Source of the DNA: an uncultured Gammaproteobacteria bacterium
GTDB taxonomy: Bacteria; Pseudomonadota; Gammaproteobacteria; Ga0077536
Assembly (NCBI GenBank): GCA_903866355.1
Contig: CAIPNE010000714.1
Coordinates: 64,825 to 128,824 of the forward strand
Direction: 5' to 3'
Length of the DNA: 64,000 bases
Numbering within the stretch: the first letter of the stretch is position 1; the number at the start of each line of letters is the position of its first letter. A model generated the notes under the pieces. It saw nothing but the letters and a program-made list of their open reading frames with translations, was not told where the DNA came from and did not search any database. Of this stretch, positions 17,776-27,127 are shown one piece after another. The translations under genes were made by a program, and so were the position numbers.

Positions 17776-20120
17776 TACGGCAACCAACCTGGCTCACCGG
17801 GTTGGGGGTCATTGCGTGCCGCGCCGCCGCGCCCTGCGTTAGCCCCCGCAGTACTGGGGCTAAGTGCGACAGTCGCAGGAGCAGTCGCCCTGCCGCTCTG
17901 GTCAATGGTGACCGTCAATGTTCCGTAGACGGGAGCGACGGAGAAGTTATTGGCTCCCCCGCCGAAGCCACCGCCGAAGCCGCTCTTGCCGCCGTCACCG
18001 ATTTGGGCCAGCGTCATACCTGCACTCTTGTCGTCTTTAGGACGCAGCTTGAGCTTGCCCGACGTTATGTCCTTTAGCTGCTGCTCATTGCTGATGTCCA
18101 GCTTGCCCCACTTCCCGCCCGATCCGACCTCAATCCCGCTGCCGCCATATTGCTGGATAAGATTTTCCAGCGCGGCAGAGCGCTCGTCGCTCTGGCTGTA
18201 GGCCGCAGAGTCGGAGGCAATCTTTGTCTTATCCCAGTTCCACTCTTCTCCAGGCGTCTTGCCGAAGATGTTGCTTCCAAGGTCGCTCAGGAATGCACCG
18301 GCAGTCTGAATCTGTCCTGAAATAAAGCCGCCGATCTTTTGTCCGGTCCCTCTGGGCTTTGCCCTCGCCGCCTCTTTCTGGGCCTGTTCGTTCTTGGCCT
18401 TGCCTTGAGCAACGGCGTTGGGGTTGGCGATAACTTCTGATAGGAACTTTTCAACCATCGTTCGGTTGCGCCAGTCCATGTCGGGGAACATCTCCATGAG
18501 CCATTGCTGAAATGCCGTGACAGCCCTGCCCTTGTTGCCGCCGGAACTCTGGACAAAGCGCTGTGCCCAATAGCGGATGATGTTGTAGGTGGCCTGAGTC
18601 TGCCCTTCACCCATAGACTCCATGGCCGTGTAGGGGTCAGTTCCCGGCGGCAGCTTCACTCCACTCATTTGCGGGTTGAGCATCATGCCACCAAGAGGGC
18701 TGCCCATGCTCGTCGCTGACTGGACTAGCTGCGGCATCTTGTCCACAAGATCCGATATACCGTTGAAGGTGAAGGCGGCTGCTCCAGCCTCCTGGCTGGC
18801 AGATCTGCCGGGGACACCGGCATTTATCAAGGATGCGGATGTGTTGGCGTAGTTCGCTTCTAACTGAGGCAGGCTGGCGTAGCCCGTTTTTGATCCTTCC
18901 TTCAGTCCCCCCAAAGCGCCTGCAAGCCCTTCTTGAGTCATGCCACCCTCCACAACATTCTTCTTAAACAGACTCATGGATTCGGCCACCGACATATTCA
19001 TGTCTTTGAGGTTGTTCGCCATAAACTGAGTGACAGTATCGAACTCTTTGCCGGTGAAGCCGGAACTGAGGCCGGATGACACGATCTGTCGCGCCTGGTC
19101 GGTCGTAATGAACGGGTTGAGGGCCATAGAGCGGATTGACATTTCATAGCCCAACCCCTCTTGCAGGCCACCGCCACGGACTTGCCCCATAGAGCGGTAA
19201 TTCTGTACCGCCTGCCCGCCCTCTTGAAACAGGTAATTGCCACCGGCCAGCAAGCCGACTCCAGTGGCAGCGGCACCTAATCCTGTTCCGGCAAAGGCTG
19301 CCAAAGCGCCCAGTCCGCGAGACGCCAGACCGGCTTGACCGCCAGCCATAGGAACAGACGCAGATCCCTCTGAAAGTGCCGGAATGGCGGCTCCAGATGC
19401 CCGTGCCAGCCCACTGAGGCTGTTCATGCCTCTTTGCGCGAAGCCCATCGCGTCCCCGCCGGGAGCAAGTTCGCCAAGAAGTTGGGCTGCGCCGGAAGTC
19501 ATACCGGAAATCCGGCGCTGCATCGGGGAGTACGGGTCACTCATCTGGCTGGCGACATTCTGATCGTTCTGGGCCTTGTCGCGGGCATTATGGCGCTGAG
19601 CGTGCTGCGCTAGATCGTTGTCGCTGGGGGAGTGCGCCGGAACGTCTCCAGTACGGACGTTGCCCCAGTTGCTCTGCATGTTGAAGTACTGGCGCGGATC
19701 TTGAGACGCCATATTCCCCAGGAAGGCGCTGGTGTCATTGATCGTCGGTGCCCGGTTGGCCCCTCCCGCCCCGCTGCCGCCGCCCATTCCGGACAGAGGA
19801 TCGACCCGGCCTTGCGGGAAGCCCCGGCTGACCTGAGTGCCCTGGCCGGTCATTACGGCCTGCTGGGTATCCGTCATCCGCTGGAGCGTATTGACAAGGT
19901 TGGTCTGTGCTTCGTTGGCCTGGTTGGTCAGGGCCGTCATCTGCTGGAGATACTTGAGGAAGTCGGACCCCGTCCGATTGGCAGCTTCGGTCGAGGTACG
20001 GAAATTGTTGAGCGATTCAGTCAGTTCTTTCAGGCTGGAGACGCCCGAATTGTCGATGTCAAAACTGACCCGTGCGGCAACGTAATCCGACCCGGCCTCA
20101 AAGCCACCAGCTTGCGTCAT
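17775..20120 (-). CDS. Tail tape-measure protein
   Basis: 781 aa, and the largest gene between the chaperones and the baseplate. It has a coiled-coil-like N-terminus, Gly/Ala-rich middle segments and a glycine-rich C-terminus. It is ATGA-coupled to the frameshift-extension ORF. Confidence 0.6.
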   Translation of the reverse strand: MTQAGGFEAGSDYVAARVSFDIDNSGVSSLKELTESLNNFRTSTEAANRTGSDFLKYLQQMTALTNQANEAQTNLVNTLQRMTDTQQAVMTGQGTQVSRGFPQGRVDPLSGMGGGSGAGGANRAPTINDTSAFLGNMASQDPRQYFNMQSNWGNVRTGDVPAHSPSDNDLAQHAQRHNARDKAQNDQNVASQMSDPYSPMQRRISGMTSGAAQLLGELAPGGDAMGFAQRGMNSLSGLARASGAAIPALSEGSASVPMAGGQAGLASRGLGALAAFAGTGLGAAATGVGLLAGGNYLFQEGGQAVQNYRSMGQVRGGGLQEGLGYEMSIRSMALNPFITTDQARQIVSSGLSSGFTGKEFDTVTQFMANNLKDMNMSVAESMSLFKKNVVEGGMTQEGLAGALGGLKEGSKTGYASLPQLEANYANTSASLINAGVPGRSASQEAGAAAFTFNGISDLVDKMPQLVQSATSMGSPLGGMMLNPQMSGVKLPPGTDPYTAMESMGEGQTQATYNIIRYWAQRFVQSSGGNKGRAVTAFQQWLMEMFPDMDWRNRTMVEKFLSEVIANPNAVAQGKAKNEQAQKEAARAKPRGTGQKIGGFISGQIQTAGAFLSDLGSNIFGKTPGEEWNWDKTKIASDSAAYSQSDERSAALENLIQQYGGSGIEVGSGGKWGKLDISNEQQLKDITSGKLKLRPKDDKSAGMTLAQIGDGGKSGFGGGFGGGANNFSVAPVYGTLTVTIDQSGRATAPATVALSPSTAGANAGRGGAARNDPQPGEPGWLP

Positions 20121-20510
20121 GTCCAGCTACCCCAATCGTTCCGGAAGTCGGCTGGGGTTTCAGCACCGCTCATGGTGAAGCGGTTTCCTCTTTCCAACCG
20201 CTCCATGAACTTGTCCAGGTCGTCCAGGTCGTCCTCCGTTAGGGGGACTTCGCCCTCTTCATTAGCGATACCCAGAGCGCCCATTAGCTGGTCCTTGTAC
20301 AGTTCGACCCAGCGCTCCGGAGCGAGATTGAACGTCTGATGCTCTAGTTCGGCGGTCTTGTCCTCAATGCGAATGCGCCGGTCCATATAAGCCCAGTACA
20401 CCAGTGCCCAGTGCTGGAAGAAGTTAAGGCTCCGCTGCTTCAGCAGCCCCTGTTCATAGGCTAGACGCACCTCTACCTCAGATCGTGCGTCTAGCCGCTG
20501 AGTTTTCCCA
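20117..20510 (-). CDS. gpT-like -1 frameshift extension of the tail-assembly chaperone (it carries the G-GT-type fusion product together with 20491..21051)
   Basis: A GGGAAAA heptamer lies 12 nt before the chaperone stop. The -1 frame is exactly the frame of the 117-aa track ORF (20117..20470), which ends in an ATGA overlap with the tape-measure start. Confidence 0.6.
20459..20496 (-). promoter_or_regulatory. Frameshift-stimulatory stem-loop: a perfect 12-bp stem with a 14-nt loop, beginning 6 nt 3' of the slippery site
   Basis: On the mRNA, GGCTAGACGCAC..(14 nt)..GTGCGTCTAGCC. The arms lie at 20485-20496 and 20459-20470. The stem contains the zero-frame TAG stop. Confidence 0.65.
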
Positions 20511-21051
20511 ATTTACGGGCCAACTCAGCGAACTCTGTGTCGAGGTCCATAATTGCGCGGTAAATCTCCGTGATGACCACCGGATAGAACTTGCTCATGC
20601 GGCTGACCTTCTCCGCAAATACCGCACCTTCATCTTCAGACTCTGTGATCGGCTGATACAGAGGTCGCCCGTCGATGCTCCGGACGCCGGAAGCACACAC
20701 TGCGATCTGGTAGGCGCGGGGGTATGCGTCGGAATCTTTGAAGTCTTTGGTGTACAGGCCGATGCGGAGGTCGTCGTCGGCATTGAGTGTTTGGACGGCC
20801 ACCTTGTGGTCGCCCATCACGGTGATGGTCTTGTGCCTCCGACCGCAAGTAAGCAGCGTCGAGAACCAGACCCGCTCTTCGTCGGAAAGCTCCGTGACTT
20901 CTTCGACAACCTCATCGGCTACCTTTTGGCGATCTTCTTCCACGGGCACGTCGGCGCTGGGGAACTCTTCCGGAGCAGCGATGGGCATATCGCTGTCTGA
21001 AAGAATCATTTCCGGCGGCACCGGGGTGGCAGTGATTCGGCGTCCAGCCAT
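20491..21051 (-). CDS. Tail-assembly chaperone (gpG-like), acidic
   Basis: 186 aa and acidic, located between the tube and tape-measure genes. Its 3' end carries the slippery site and stimulatory hairpin. Confidence 0.55.
   Translation of the reverse strand: MAGRRITATPVPPEMILSDSDMPIAAPEEFPSADVPVEEDRQKVADEVVEEVTELSDEERVWFSTLLTCGRRHKTITVMGDHKVAVQTLNADDDLRIGLYTKDFKDSDAYPRAYQIAVCASGVRSIDGRPLYQPITESEDEGAVFAEKVSRMSKFYPVVITEIYRAIMDLDTEFAELARKLGKLSG
20503..20509 (-). promoter_or_regulatory. -1 programmed ribosomal frameshift slippery heptamer GGGAAAA (X XXY YYZ, with zero-frame codons GGA AAA)
   Basis: Seen directly in the sequence. The reverse complement of ttttccc lies in the frame TTG GGA AAA CTC of the chaperone gene. 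Confidence 0.7.
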
Positions 21052-21085
21052 TTGTCCTCCTGGGGTTTAGGGCAGTTACCTTGGG

Positions 21086-21646
21086 TCAGTACTCTTCAGC
21101 GGCCCTATCGAAAGCGGCCTTGCTTTCCGCGCCGGAAACGTCACCCAGCGCCTGATCCAGCACGCCGCCGCCGTCGCCGCCGTCACCACCCATCCCCATT
21201 CCCATCAGGGGAAGGAGACGCAGGAGGGCGGGATTGGCGGTGCGGAAGCCTTCCCGGCGGCGCTCCACCAGATCTTCGGGGACGTAGCGTTCGCGGGACT
21301 CCAACTCGTCCTCTAGGTCTAGCTCTTCGGCGTTGGGTTCGTACACGTCTTCTTCTTCGGGCACAAAGTTTTCCGGCGAGTACGTCCACTCTTGGCCCTC
21401 GCGCCACGACATGCGCGTCCCCATCGGCACGTCCAGCCGGTCGTAGGCATCTTCGATGTCGTCGTCCAGATCGGCCTCAGAATCCTCATCCGAAGCCGTA
21501 CGGGTGTTCATCATGCCCTGCGGGATTCTGACGCCTCTGGTGAAGTCCGAAATCTGCTGAGCCGTCAGGGTGGCACGGTGAATCTCCGGACGGTCCAGAC
21601 TGTAGTAGTCAGACTGACGCTGAATCTCCATGATGCCTCCTAGCAA
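21086..21646 (-). CDS. Acidic hypothetical protein (tail-assembly or tube-associated)
   Basis: 186 aa, very Asp/Glu-rich, with a C-terminal GMGMGGDGGDGGG segment. It lies between the tube gene and the chaperone. Confidence 0.4.
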   Translation of the reverse strand: MLGGIMEIQRQSDYYSLDRPEIHRATLTAQQISDFTRGVRIPQGMMNTRTASDEDSEADLDDDIEDAYDRLDVPMGTRMSWREGQEWTYSPENFVPEEEDVYEPNAEELDLEDELESRERYVPEDLVERRREGFRTANPALLRLLPLMGMGMGGDGGDGGGVLDQALGDVSGAESKAAFDRAAEEY

Positions 21647-21663
21647 ACTTCAGATTTTTATTG

Positions 21664-22134
21664 CTAGACAGGTGTGCTGTAGCAATACTGGAATGTTAGG
21701 GTCTTCGGCAAAGTCATCGTGCCAATGTTGACGTTCTCGCCTTCGTCAATGTCGGTGATGACCACTTTGTGGTACACCTTTGACCGCATCACTCCGTTGG
21801 GGGATTTGATGACCTTTTGCATCGTGACGTTACCCAGGCTGATCTGACGCTTCAGCACGTCGAGCAGGTTGTGGGAGCCGTCGAGGCCGGGGAGCATCTG
21901 CCACACTGGCTGGTTCCACAGTTCGTAGAACGTCGCTCGCAGAGTGCCGACGCCGACCGCCATGGAGGTCACAATCTCCAGCGGTACAGACTCGTCAATC
22001 GGCTGCACCGCCTGGGCGGTTGCCACCGGGGTCGGCGGGGTGTCCTGCATGACCTGGAGGTACGCCATACGCGCACCATTCCACATCATGGTGGTGAACC
22101 CAGAACCGCCAATGCGGCTCGCTGTCGCTACCAT
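21664..22134 (-). CDS. Tail tube protein
   Basis: 156 aa immediately downstream of the sheath gene. RBS AAGGTGG precedes the ATG. The size and position are canonical. Confidence 0.55.
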   Translation of the reverse strand: MVATASRIGGSGFTTMMWNGARMAYLQVMQDTPPTPVATAQAVQPIDESVPLEIVTSMAVGVGTLRATFYELWNQPVWQMLPGLDGSHNLLDVLKRQISLGNVTMQKVIKSPNGVMRSKVYHKVVITDIDEGENVNIGTMTLPKTLTFQYCYSTPV

Positions 22135-22149
22135 TTAGCCACCTTCTTC

Positions 22150-23727
22150 TTAGAGCGTTGACTGCAAGGTGTTGGAAGAGCCGCCAAAGTCATTGACGGT
22201 CGGGGTGGCCGGGGCGGTAATCGCTCCGACCTGGCTGTTCGACGTGAAGTTCGGGTTATTCGGGTTGTTACCCTGAGCCGTCACACTGCCCGAAGTCAGG
22301 CTGACGGCGAACGTCACGACGATGTAGTTCAACGGCATGGCCGGGAGCCAGCTAAAGCTGACTTCGATCACGTCGGGGTTGGTCAGAAGCTGACGGGCCT
22401 TCAGACCGGAGTAGTTGACGAGCAGGCCGTCGCGCAGCAGCGACTGGAGAGCGGCTTCTGCCGACGCCTTGACGTTGACCAGCGTGTAGTCGTAGATCGG
22501 CTGGCCGATGAGGTTGGCGTTCTCCAGGTAGTCGCGCAGCCGGTAAACCAGAGCGTCCTGCTGGCCGATGATGTTCCACTCACGGTGCAGCAGGTCGGAG
22601 GGGTCGGTGGTGACACCGTGACGAACCCACATCTTCTGGCGGCGGGTCTTTTCGATGACCATGAGTCCGTTCTTGGACTCATCGTTCTTTTCCTGCTCCT
22701 TCTGAAGATCCACCACGCCTTCCCAGCCGGTGATGACCTTGTGGGTCAGCGGCTGGGCGTAAGACATCGACACGGTCATTCCGGCCAGGGAGGCAGCGAG
22801 GTACTGTCCACCCAGTTCGATGGATTTGTTCAGTTCAGGGCTGTAGTAGGTGAACTTCGTCGGGCTGACCAGGGCAATCCGCTGCTCACCGATCTGGTTG
22901 GCGTAGGTGCGGCGCTGATCCGACGAAATGGAGCCGTCCATCCCGATAATGGCGCGGCGCTCAAACCTGTTGGCCGACTGAGTAACCACATGCTGACGAA
23001 CCTGCTCGTTCAAAGGCTGCATGCCTCCGTTGCAGGGGACAACAAGAGCGACCAGGGCCTGGTCATTCAGCTTCTCCAGGGCGGCGACGTACTCAGCCAC
23101 CACTGGGGACTCCGGATCATCGGGCTGCACGGCTACACAGACAACTTGGTATGCGCCGTTCATAAACGCGAACTTCGCAGCCAGAGTCAATTCCGACAGC
23201 ACGCCGCCGGGGGCGACTCCGTTGACCGTCTCGCTAGTCAGGTTGAACGGTTCGCCGTAAGCGGTACGAACATCGTCGTAGTCGTAGAAGACGAAGGGGT
23301 TGAAGTAGTCGGGGTCGGTGTAGCGGTAGCTCACCGTGACGGTGTCACCCGACAGGATGGTGCCGCCGTCGATCACCCGGCTGACCGCATACAGAGCTTC
23401 GGAAGTGCCTTGCGTGCCGCCGACGAGGACTACAGTGTAGTCCTGGTTCTCATCGAACACAGCCCCGGTGTAGGGGTTGGTGACCACCAGGGTGGTCAGG
23501 TCGATGCCCTTCTGGGCGAGGGTGCGCGACACTGCCGGAACGGTCAGTTGCTGGTCGGCCTCAACGTAGATTGACTCAGTGAACTTCCGGTAGCCAATCG
23601 TGGTGCCGAAAAGGGCCACCGCCGTGGGCAGCGTAGAGTTCACCACCAACTGAGGACCGGGCATCGGGTTGGTGTAGACACCAGGCGGCAAGTACCGACT
23701 GAAGTCTACCGCCGAAGTCTGGGTCAT
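22150..23727 (-). CDS. Contractile tail sheath protein
   Basis: 525 aa. The N-terminus MTQTSAVDFSRYLPPGVYTNPMPGP matches the sheath PGVY-type start. AGGAGG precedes the ATG, and the gene is followed by the tube gene. Confidence 0.7.
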   Translation of the reverse strand: MTQTSAVDFSRYLPPGVYTNPMPGPQLVVNSTLPTAVALFGTTIGYRKFTESIYVEADQQLTVPAVSRTLAQKGIDLTTLVVTNPYTGAVFDENQDYTVVLVGGTQGTSEALYAVSRVIDGGTILSGDTVTVSYRYTDPDYFNPFVFYDYDDVRTAYGEPFNLTSETVNGVAPGGVLSELTLAAKFAFMNGAYQVVCVAVQPDDPESPVVAEYVAALEKLNDQALVALVVPCNGGMQPLNEQVRQHVVTQSANRFERRAIIGMDGSISSDQRRTYANQIGEQRIALVSPTKFTYYSPELNKSIELGGQYLAASLAGMTVSMSYAQPLTHKVITGWEGVVDLQKEQEKNDESKNGLMVIEKTRRQKMWVRHGVTTDPSDLLHREWNIIGQQDALVYRLRDYLENANLIGQPIYDYTLVNVKASAEAALQSLLRDGLLVNYSGLKARQLLTNPDVIEVSFSWLPAMPLNYIVVTFAVSLTSGSVTAQGNNPNNPNFTSNSQVGAITAPATPTVNDFGGSSNTLQSTL

Positions 23728-23804
23728 AATGACCTCCTACTAGCTGGTGGCACGGGGTCTTTTCTCTCTTTCTGGTCGGCCCTCTGGGGTTTCACAGGGC
23801 AGGG

Positions 23805-24614
23805 CTAAATCGTTCGCCACCGGGGGAAGGGTACTTCCGCTTGCATAACCGGAACGTGATCCACCCGCGACAGCGTGTAGGCACCGTCATTATCGAACCG
23901 GATATTGAAGTTCCCGATGATGTCGAACGAATAGTTGTCCTCGTACGCCAGCACATCGGACTGCCAGGGAACGTCCATGCTGGCACTTTGCCCGCCGGGG
24001 GTGATGACATCGGTGTTCAACGCCATAGCGACGTACGGGTTCTCTGACAAAGCTGTCAGAAGCTGCCGGTACTGCTTGGTATTGGCGTTGGGCTGAGTGA
24101 TGACCAACTCAGGTGTACGGGCAAACGCCAACATATTGATGACCGTGTCGGCAATCCGGTCCCGCTCACGGCTGCGGAGCGCCACGATGGTCAGGGTGAC
24201 CCTGCCGTTGAACATCCACTCCTGAATGGGCGTCCAGTTGCCTTTTTCGTCTTGGGTCCAGACTTCGTGGGAAATACCGGCCCGGTTGAGCTTGGTGAAG
24301 CTGAACTGCACCCACACGCCGGGGTACTGCTCTTTCTTCATCGGGTATTCCAGGTCCACATAGACCGGGTCGCCGTCCACGGTGATGTTGGTCCGCAGGA
24401 GAGCGTCCCGAAGGGCCAGGATCACGGCCCGCTTGACGGCCTCAATCAGACCGCCTTCGGAGCCGGGGATTGTTTCACTGACTTCGGTACCCGGCTGTGG
24501 AAGATCCTGGTCGGATGCGAAGATGCTGGCGCTGAGCCTGGTGGTGAAGGTGCCGATGCCGACTGTCGGGTTAGCGGCTACCGCCAGCTTGGAATTAGCT
24601 CTGAGGTTAGCCAC
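23805..24614 (-). CDS. Hypothetical neck/tail-terminator-region protein
   Basis: 269-aa ORF directly upstream of the sheath gene. No motif was recognised. Confidence 0.35.
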   Translation of the reverse strand: MANLRANSKLAVAANPTVGIGTFTTRLSASIFASDQDLPQPGTEVSETIPGSEGGLIEAVKRAVILALRDALLRTNITVDGDPVYVDLEYPMKKEQYPGVWVQFSFTKLNRAGISHEVWTQDEKGNWTPIQEWMFNGRVTLTIVALRSRERDRIADTVINMLAFARTPELVITQPNANTKQYRQLLTALSENPYVAMALNTDVITPGGQSASMDVPWQSDVLAYEDNYSFDIIGNFNIRFDNDGAYTLSRVDHVPVMQAEVPFPRWRTI

Positions 24615-25071
24615 GGTAGCCGCCCTTCAGGGCTTCCATCAGTTCTGCGCGAATAGAGTCCTGCTCTTCATTGATCGCACGGAGGATCGCATCCCGCATG
24701 AAGTTCTTCGGCTTCAAGCCAGGGTGCCGCCACTTCTGGTCGCGCCAGACCCGGCCACGGTGCGGGATATCGACGTATCCCGGCTTACCGACGCCCCGGC
24801 CCCTTCGGATGTGGGGGCCGTCGCCTTGCTTACAGCCCAGCGGAACGGTTCGCCCTTCCACCCAGTGCATAAGGAAGGGGTTGATGCCCTGCTCCTGGCG
24901 CATAAGGTATTTCGCGCTGGTCTTGATGCCGACCAGGCCCTTGTCGCTGTACGGGTTGAGAGCCGCCATGGCGCGGTTTGACCAGCCACGATTGACTACG
25001 TCCTCGCGGGCGTACTGAACAGCCTTCATAGACAGGCGGGCGCAGATTTCTGGCGGCAGAGGAATCCTCAT
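24607..25071 (-). CDS. Head-tail joining / neck protein (HK97 gp10-like, tentative)
   Basis: 154 aa and basic. Its size and position in the neck block suggest the assignment. It shares an ATGA junction with the upstream gene. Confidence 0.4.
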   Translation of the reverse strand: MRIPLPPEICARLSMKAVQYAREDVVNRGWSNRAMAALNPYSDKGLVGIKTSAKYLMRQEQGINPFLMHWVEGRTVPLGCKQGDGPHIRRGRGVGKPGYVDIPHRGRVWRDQKWRHPGLKPKNFMRDAILRAINEEQDSIRAELMEALKGGYRG

Positions 25072-26138
25072 GCGACGATCACCACTCTCAGAGAGTCGGT
25101 AGCAGGTGGATCTTGGAAGGTCAGGGTGACCGAATTGCTGTCGGTGGCGTAGATGTTGGTATCCACCTGCTCGCCGGTAGCGGAGTCGTAAAGCTGGGTC
25201 AGGATGTTGGTCGTCCCCAGGTTGTGCTGAACCACGATGGTTGTGGCGTCCCCGTCTCCGATAGTGAAGGCGTGCCGGGTGCCGAAAGCCGTGATGACCG
25301 CCCGCAGCGAGTTGAGCGAGGGCGCAGTATCGAACACCAAAGTAACGGTGGACATAGTGGCGGCAAAGACGTTGGCATCGACCTGCTCGCCGGTCGCCAG
25401 GTTGTATAGCTGCACGATGACATCAGATGTGCCCAGTTCGTGCGGGATCGTGATGCTGTGCGACTGACCGTTGCCGATTACGACGGCGTGCCGCACATCT
25501 GGTGCCGGTGCGAAAGGGAACGGATTGGTGCGGGTAATCATCGGGGTGTGCGGGGCGATGAAGGCTTCCGGTGACAGGAAGGGAATACCGATCACCGGGT
25601 ACTTGGCGATATTGGTGACGTTAGACAATTCGCTGATCTGGGCCTTTTGGCCGATGATGTCGGACGCCGACTGGCCGAAACGGGTTCCGGTTCGCAAGCT
25701 GTCTTTGGTAACTTCCTTGATTCCGTAAAAACCCTCAAGCTCTGCCGGGGTTCCGTTGGCATTCCATCTTCGCACCCGAATGACGTAGTCGTGCTGCATC
25801 AGTATCGGGAAGGCTTCGGTCTGGAACTCCCGATTGTCGGCCTGCCAAATACCGCGCTTGCGGTACTGCTCCCCTTCGACGTTATCGGTGAACAGTCCCC
25901 ATACCTTCGCTGCCTGCCTGACCCCGCCCTGGATGGTGGTGCCCCAGCAGATGTTGCAGACCTCGCCGCTGTCGGTGTACACATCGTCGGTGCAATACGG
26001 GCACAGCGGCATGTCGGAGTCGGTAAAGCGGTGGTACATCGACAGCAGAATGCACTGCTCGCCATGGGCCTGCAAGCTATCCTTGACGGCTTGGCGGGCC
26101 TGATTGACCGCGTAGTTCTCTACGAGGTTGATGCTCAT
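25068..26138 (-). CDS. Neck-region protein with an N-terminal 4-Cys zinc-ribbon and two tandem Ig-like repeats of about 70 aa
   Basis: CPYC...CNIC at the N-terminus. The repeats are HAVVIGNGQSHSITIPHELGTSDVIVQLYNLATGEQVDANVFA... and HAFTIGDGDATTIVVQHNLGTTNILTQLYDSATGEQVDTNIYA... Confidence 0.45.
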   Translation of the reverse strand: MSINLVENYAVNQARQAVKDSLQAHGEQCILLSMYHRFTDSDMPLCPYCTDDVYTDSGEVCNICWGTTIQGGVRQAAKVWGLFTDNVEGEQYRKRGIWQADNREFQTEAFPILMQHDYVIRVRRWNANGTPAELEGFYGIKEVTKDSLRTGTRFGQSASDIIGQKAQISELSNVTNIAKYPVIGIPFLSPEAFIAPHTPMITRTNPFPFAPAPDVRHAVVIGNGQSHSITIPHELGTSDVIVQLYNLATGEQVDANVFAATMSTVTLVFDTAPSLNSLRAVITAFGTRHAFTIGDGDATTIVVQHNLGTTNILTQLYDSATGEQVDTNIYATDSNSVTLTFQDPPATDSLRVVIVA

Positions 26139-27124
26139 TAGGTGATCCTGGTCGAACCCCAGGCGATAGCCGGGGCTGCCGGGTAGAACCGCCAGCCGCG
26201 CACCTGGGCCGCATAGGTACCGGCCTTGAAGATCCCCCTGGCCTGACCGCCATAGATGCCACCGGCCACCAGCAGCGAGCCACGGCCCAGGTTCAGCATC
26301 TTGCGCTTAGCCATTTTGACGTAGCGGACGTAGTCGGGGTATTCGGTGGACAGGATCTGCTGCCACCGCATGGAGTAGTCACGCCGGTCGGTGAAGGTCA
26401 CGTTCATGCCCTGGAAGGCCGGGATCTCTGTGTAGCTGCGCACCAGATGTCTGACAACTTCGTAGTACGTCCCCAGGACCAGCAAGCCGTTCAGTTCATT
26501 AGGCGGGGGAACTGTCCCTGGCCCGACGCCCCAGTTATTGATAGGGAAGCCGGTCAGACCCATCTTCAGCGCGGCTTGGCTCAGAAGCTGGGCGATCCGC
26601 TCGTAGTCAAAGTGGGTCTGGAACGGTTCGATGATATGCGGCCCGCCTTCGGTCGAGTCAAACATATCGCCAAACATCCAGCTAACCTGCTCCACGACGC
26701 TTTTGAGCGGTTCCGACAGCGACTCGTACAGAGGCATCGGGTTGAGGATCTGAAGGTGATCGCTGAATGTGAAGGACGTGCCGTTAACCTGATAGCGCCA
26801 CTGAACGGTAACCAGGCCCCGGTAAGACGTATTTGGCGGGCCGATCTGGTAGTCGTATTTACCGACATCTTCCCGGTGGATCTGGCTGGCCGGGACGGTA
26901 GACAGCTTGGTGCCGCGAGGGTCGCCGGATGGAGTGGCGGTGACATCGTTGAACCAGACATCCAGGCTGAGGGTGTTGGGGTCGGGATCTACCGACGTAG
27001 CGCCGTCATAGATGTCGATAGCGACGTAGCCCCGCCCGCCTTGGGAGACGAACTTCCGGACCAGGGCCTGCTCGCGGATTTTGGGCGAGTAGACCGACTC
27101 ACCGCTAGGCTGGGTGATCGGCAT
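26138..27124 (-). CDS. Hypothetical structural (neck/head-completion region) protein
   Basis: 328-aa ORF with consistent GC3 bias. No motif was recognised. Confidence 0.45.
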   Translation of the reverse strand: MPITQPSGESVYSPKIREQALVRKFVSQGGRGYVAIDIYDGATSVDPDPNTLSLDVWFNDVTATPSGDPRGTKLSTVPASQIHREDVGKYDYQIGPPNTSYRGLVTVQWRYQVNGTSFTFSDHLQILNPMPLYESLSEPLKSVVEQVSWMFGDMFDSTEGGPHIIEPFQTHFDYERIAQLLSQAALKMGLTGFPINNWGVGPGTVPPPNELNGLLVLGTYYEVVRHLVRSYTEIPAFQGMNVTFTDRRDYSMRWQQILSTEYPDYVRYVKMAKRKMLNLGRGSLLVAGGIYGGQARGIFKAGTYAAQVRGWRFYPAAPAIAWGSTRIT

Positions 27125-27127
27125 GGG

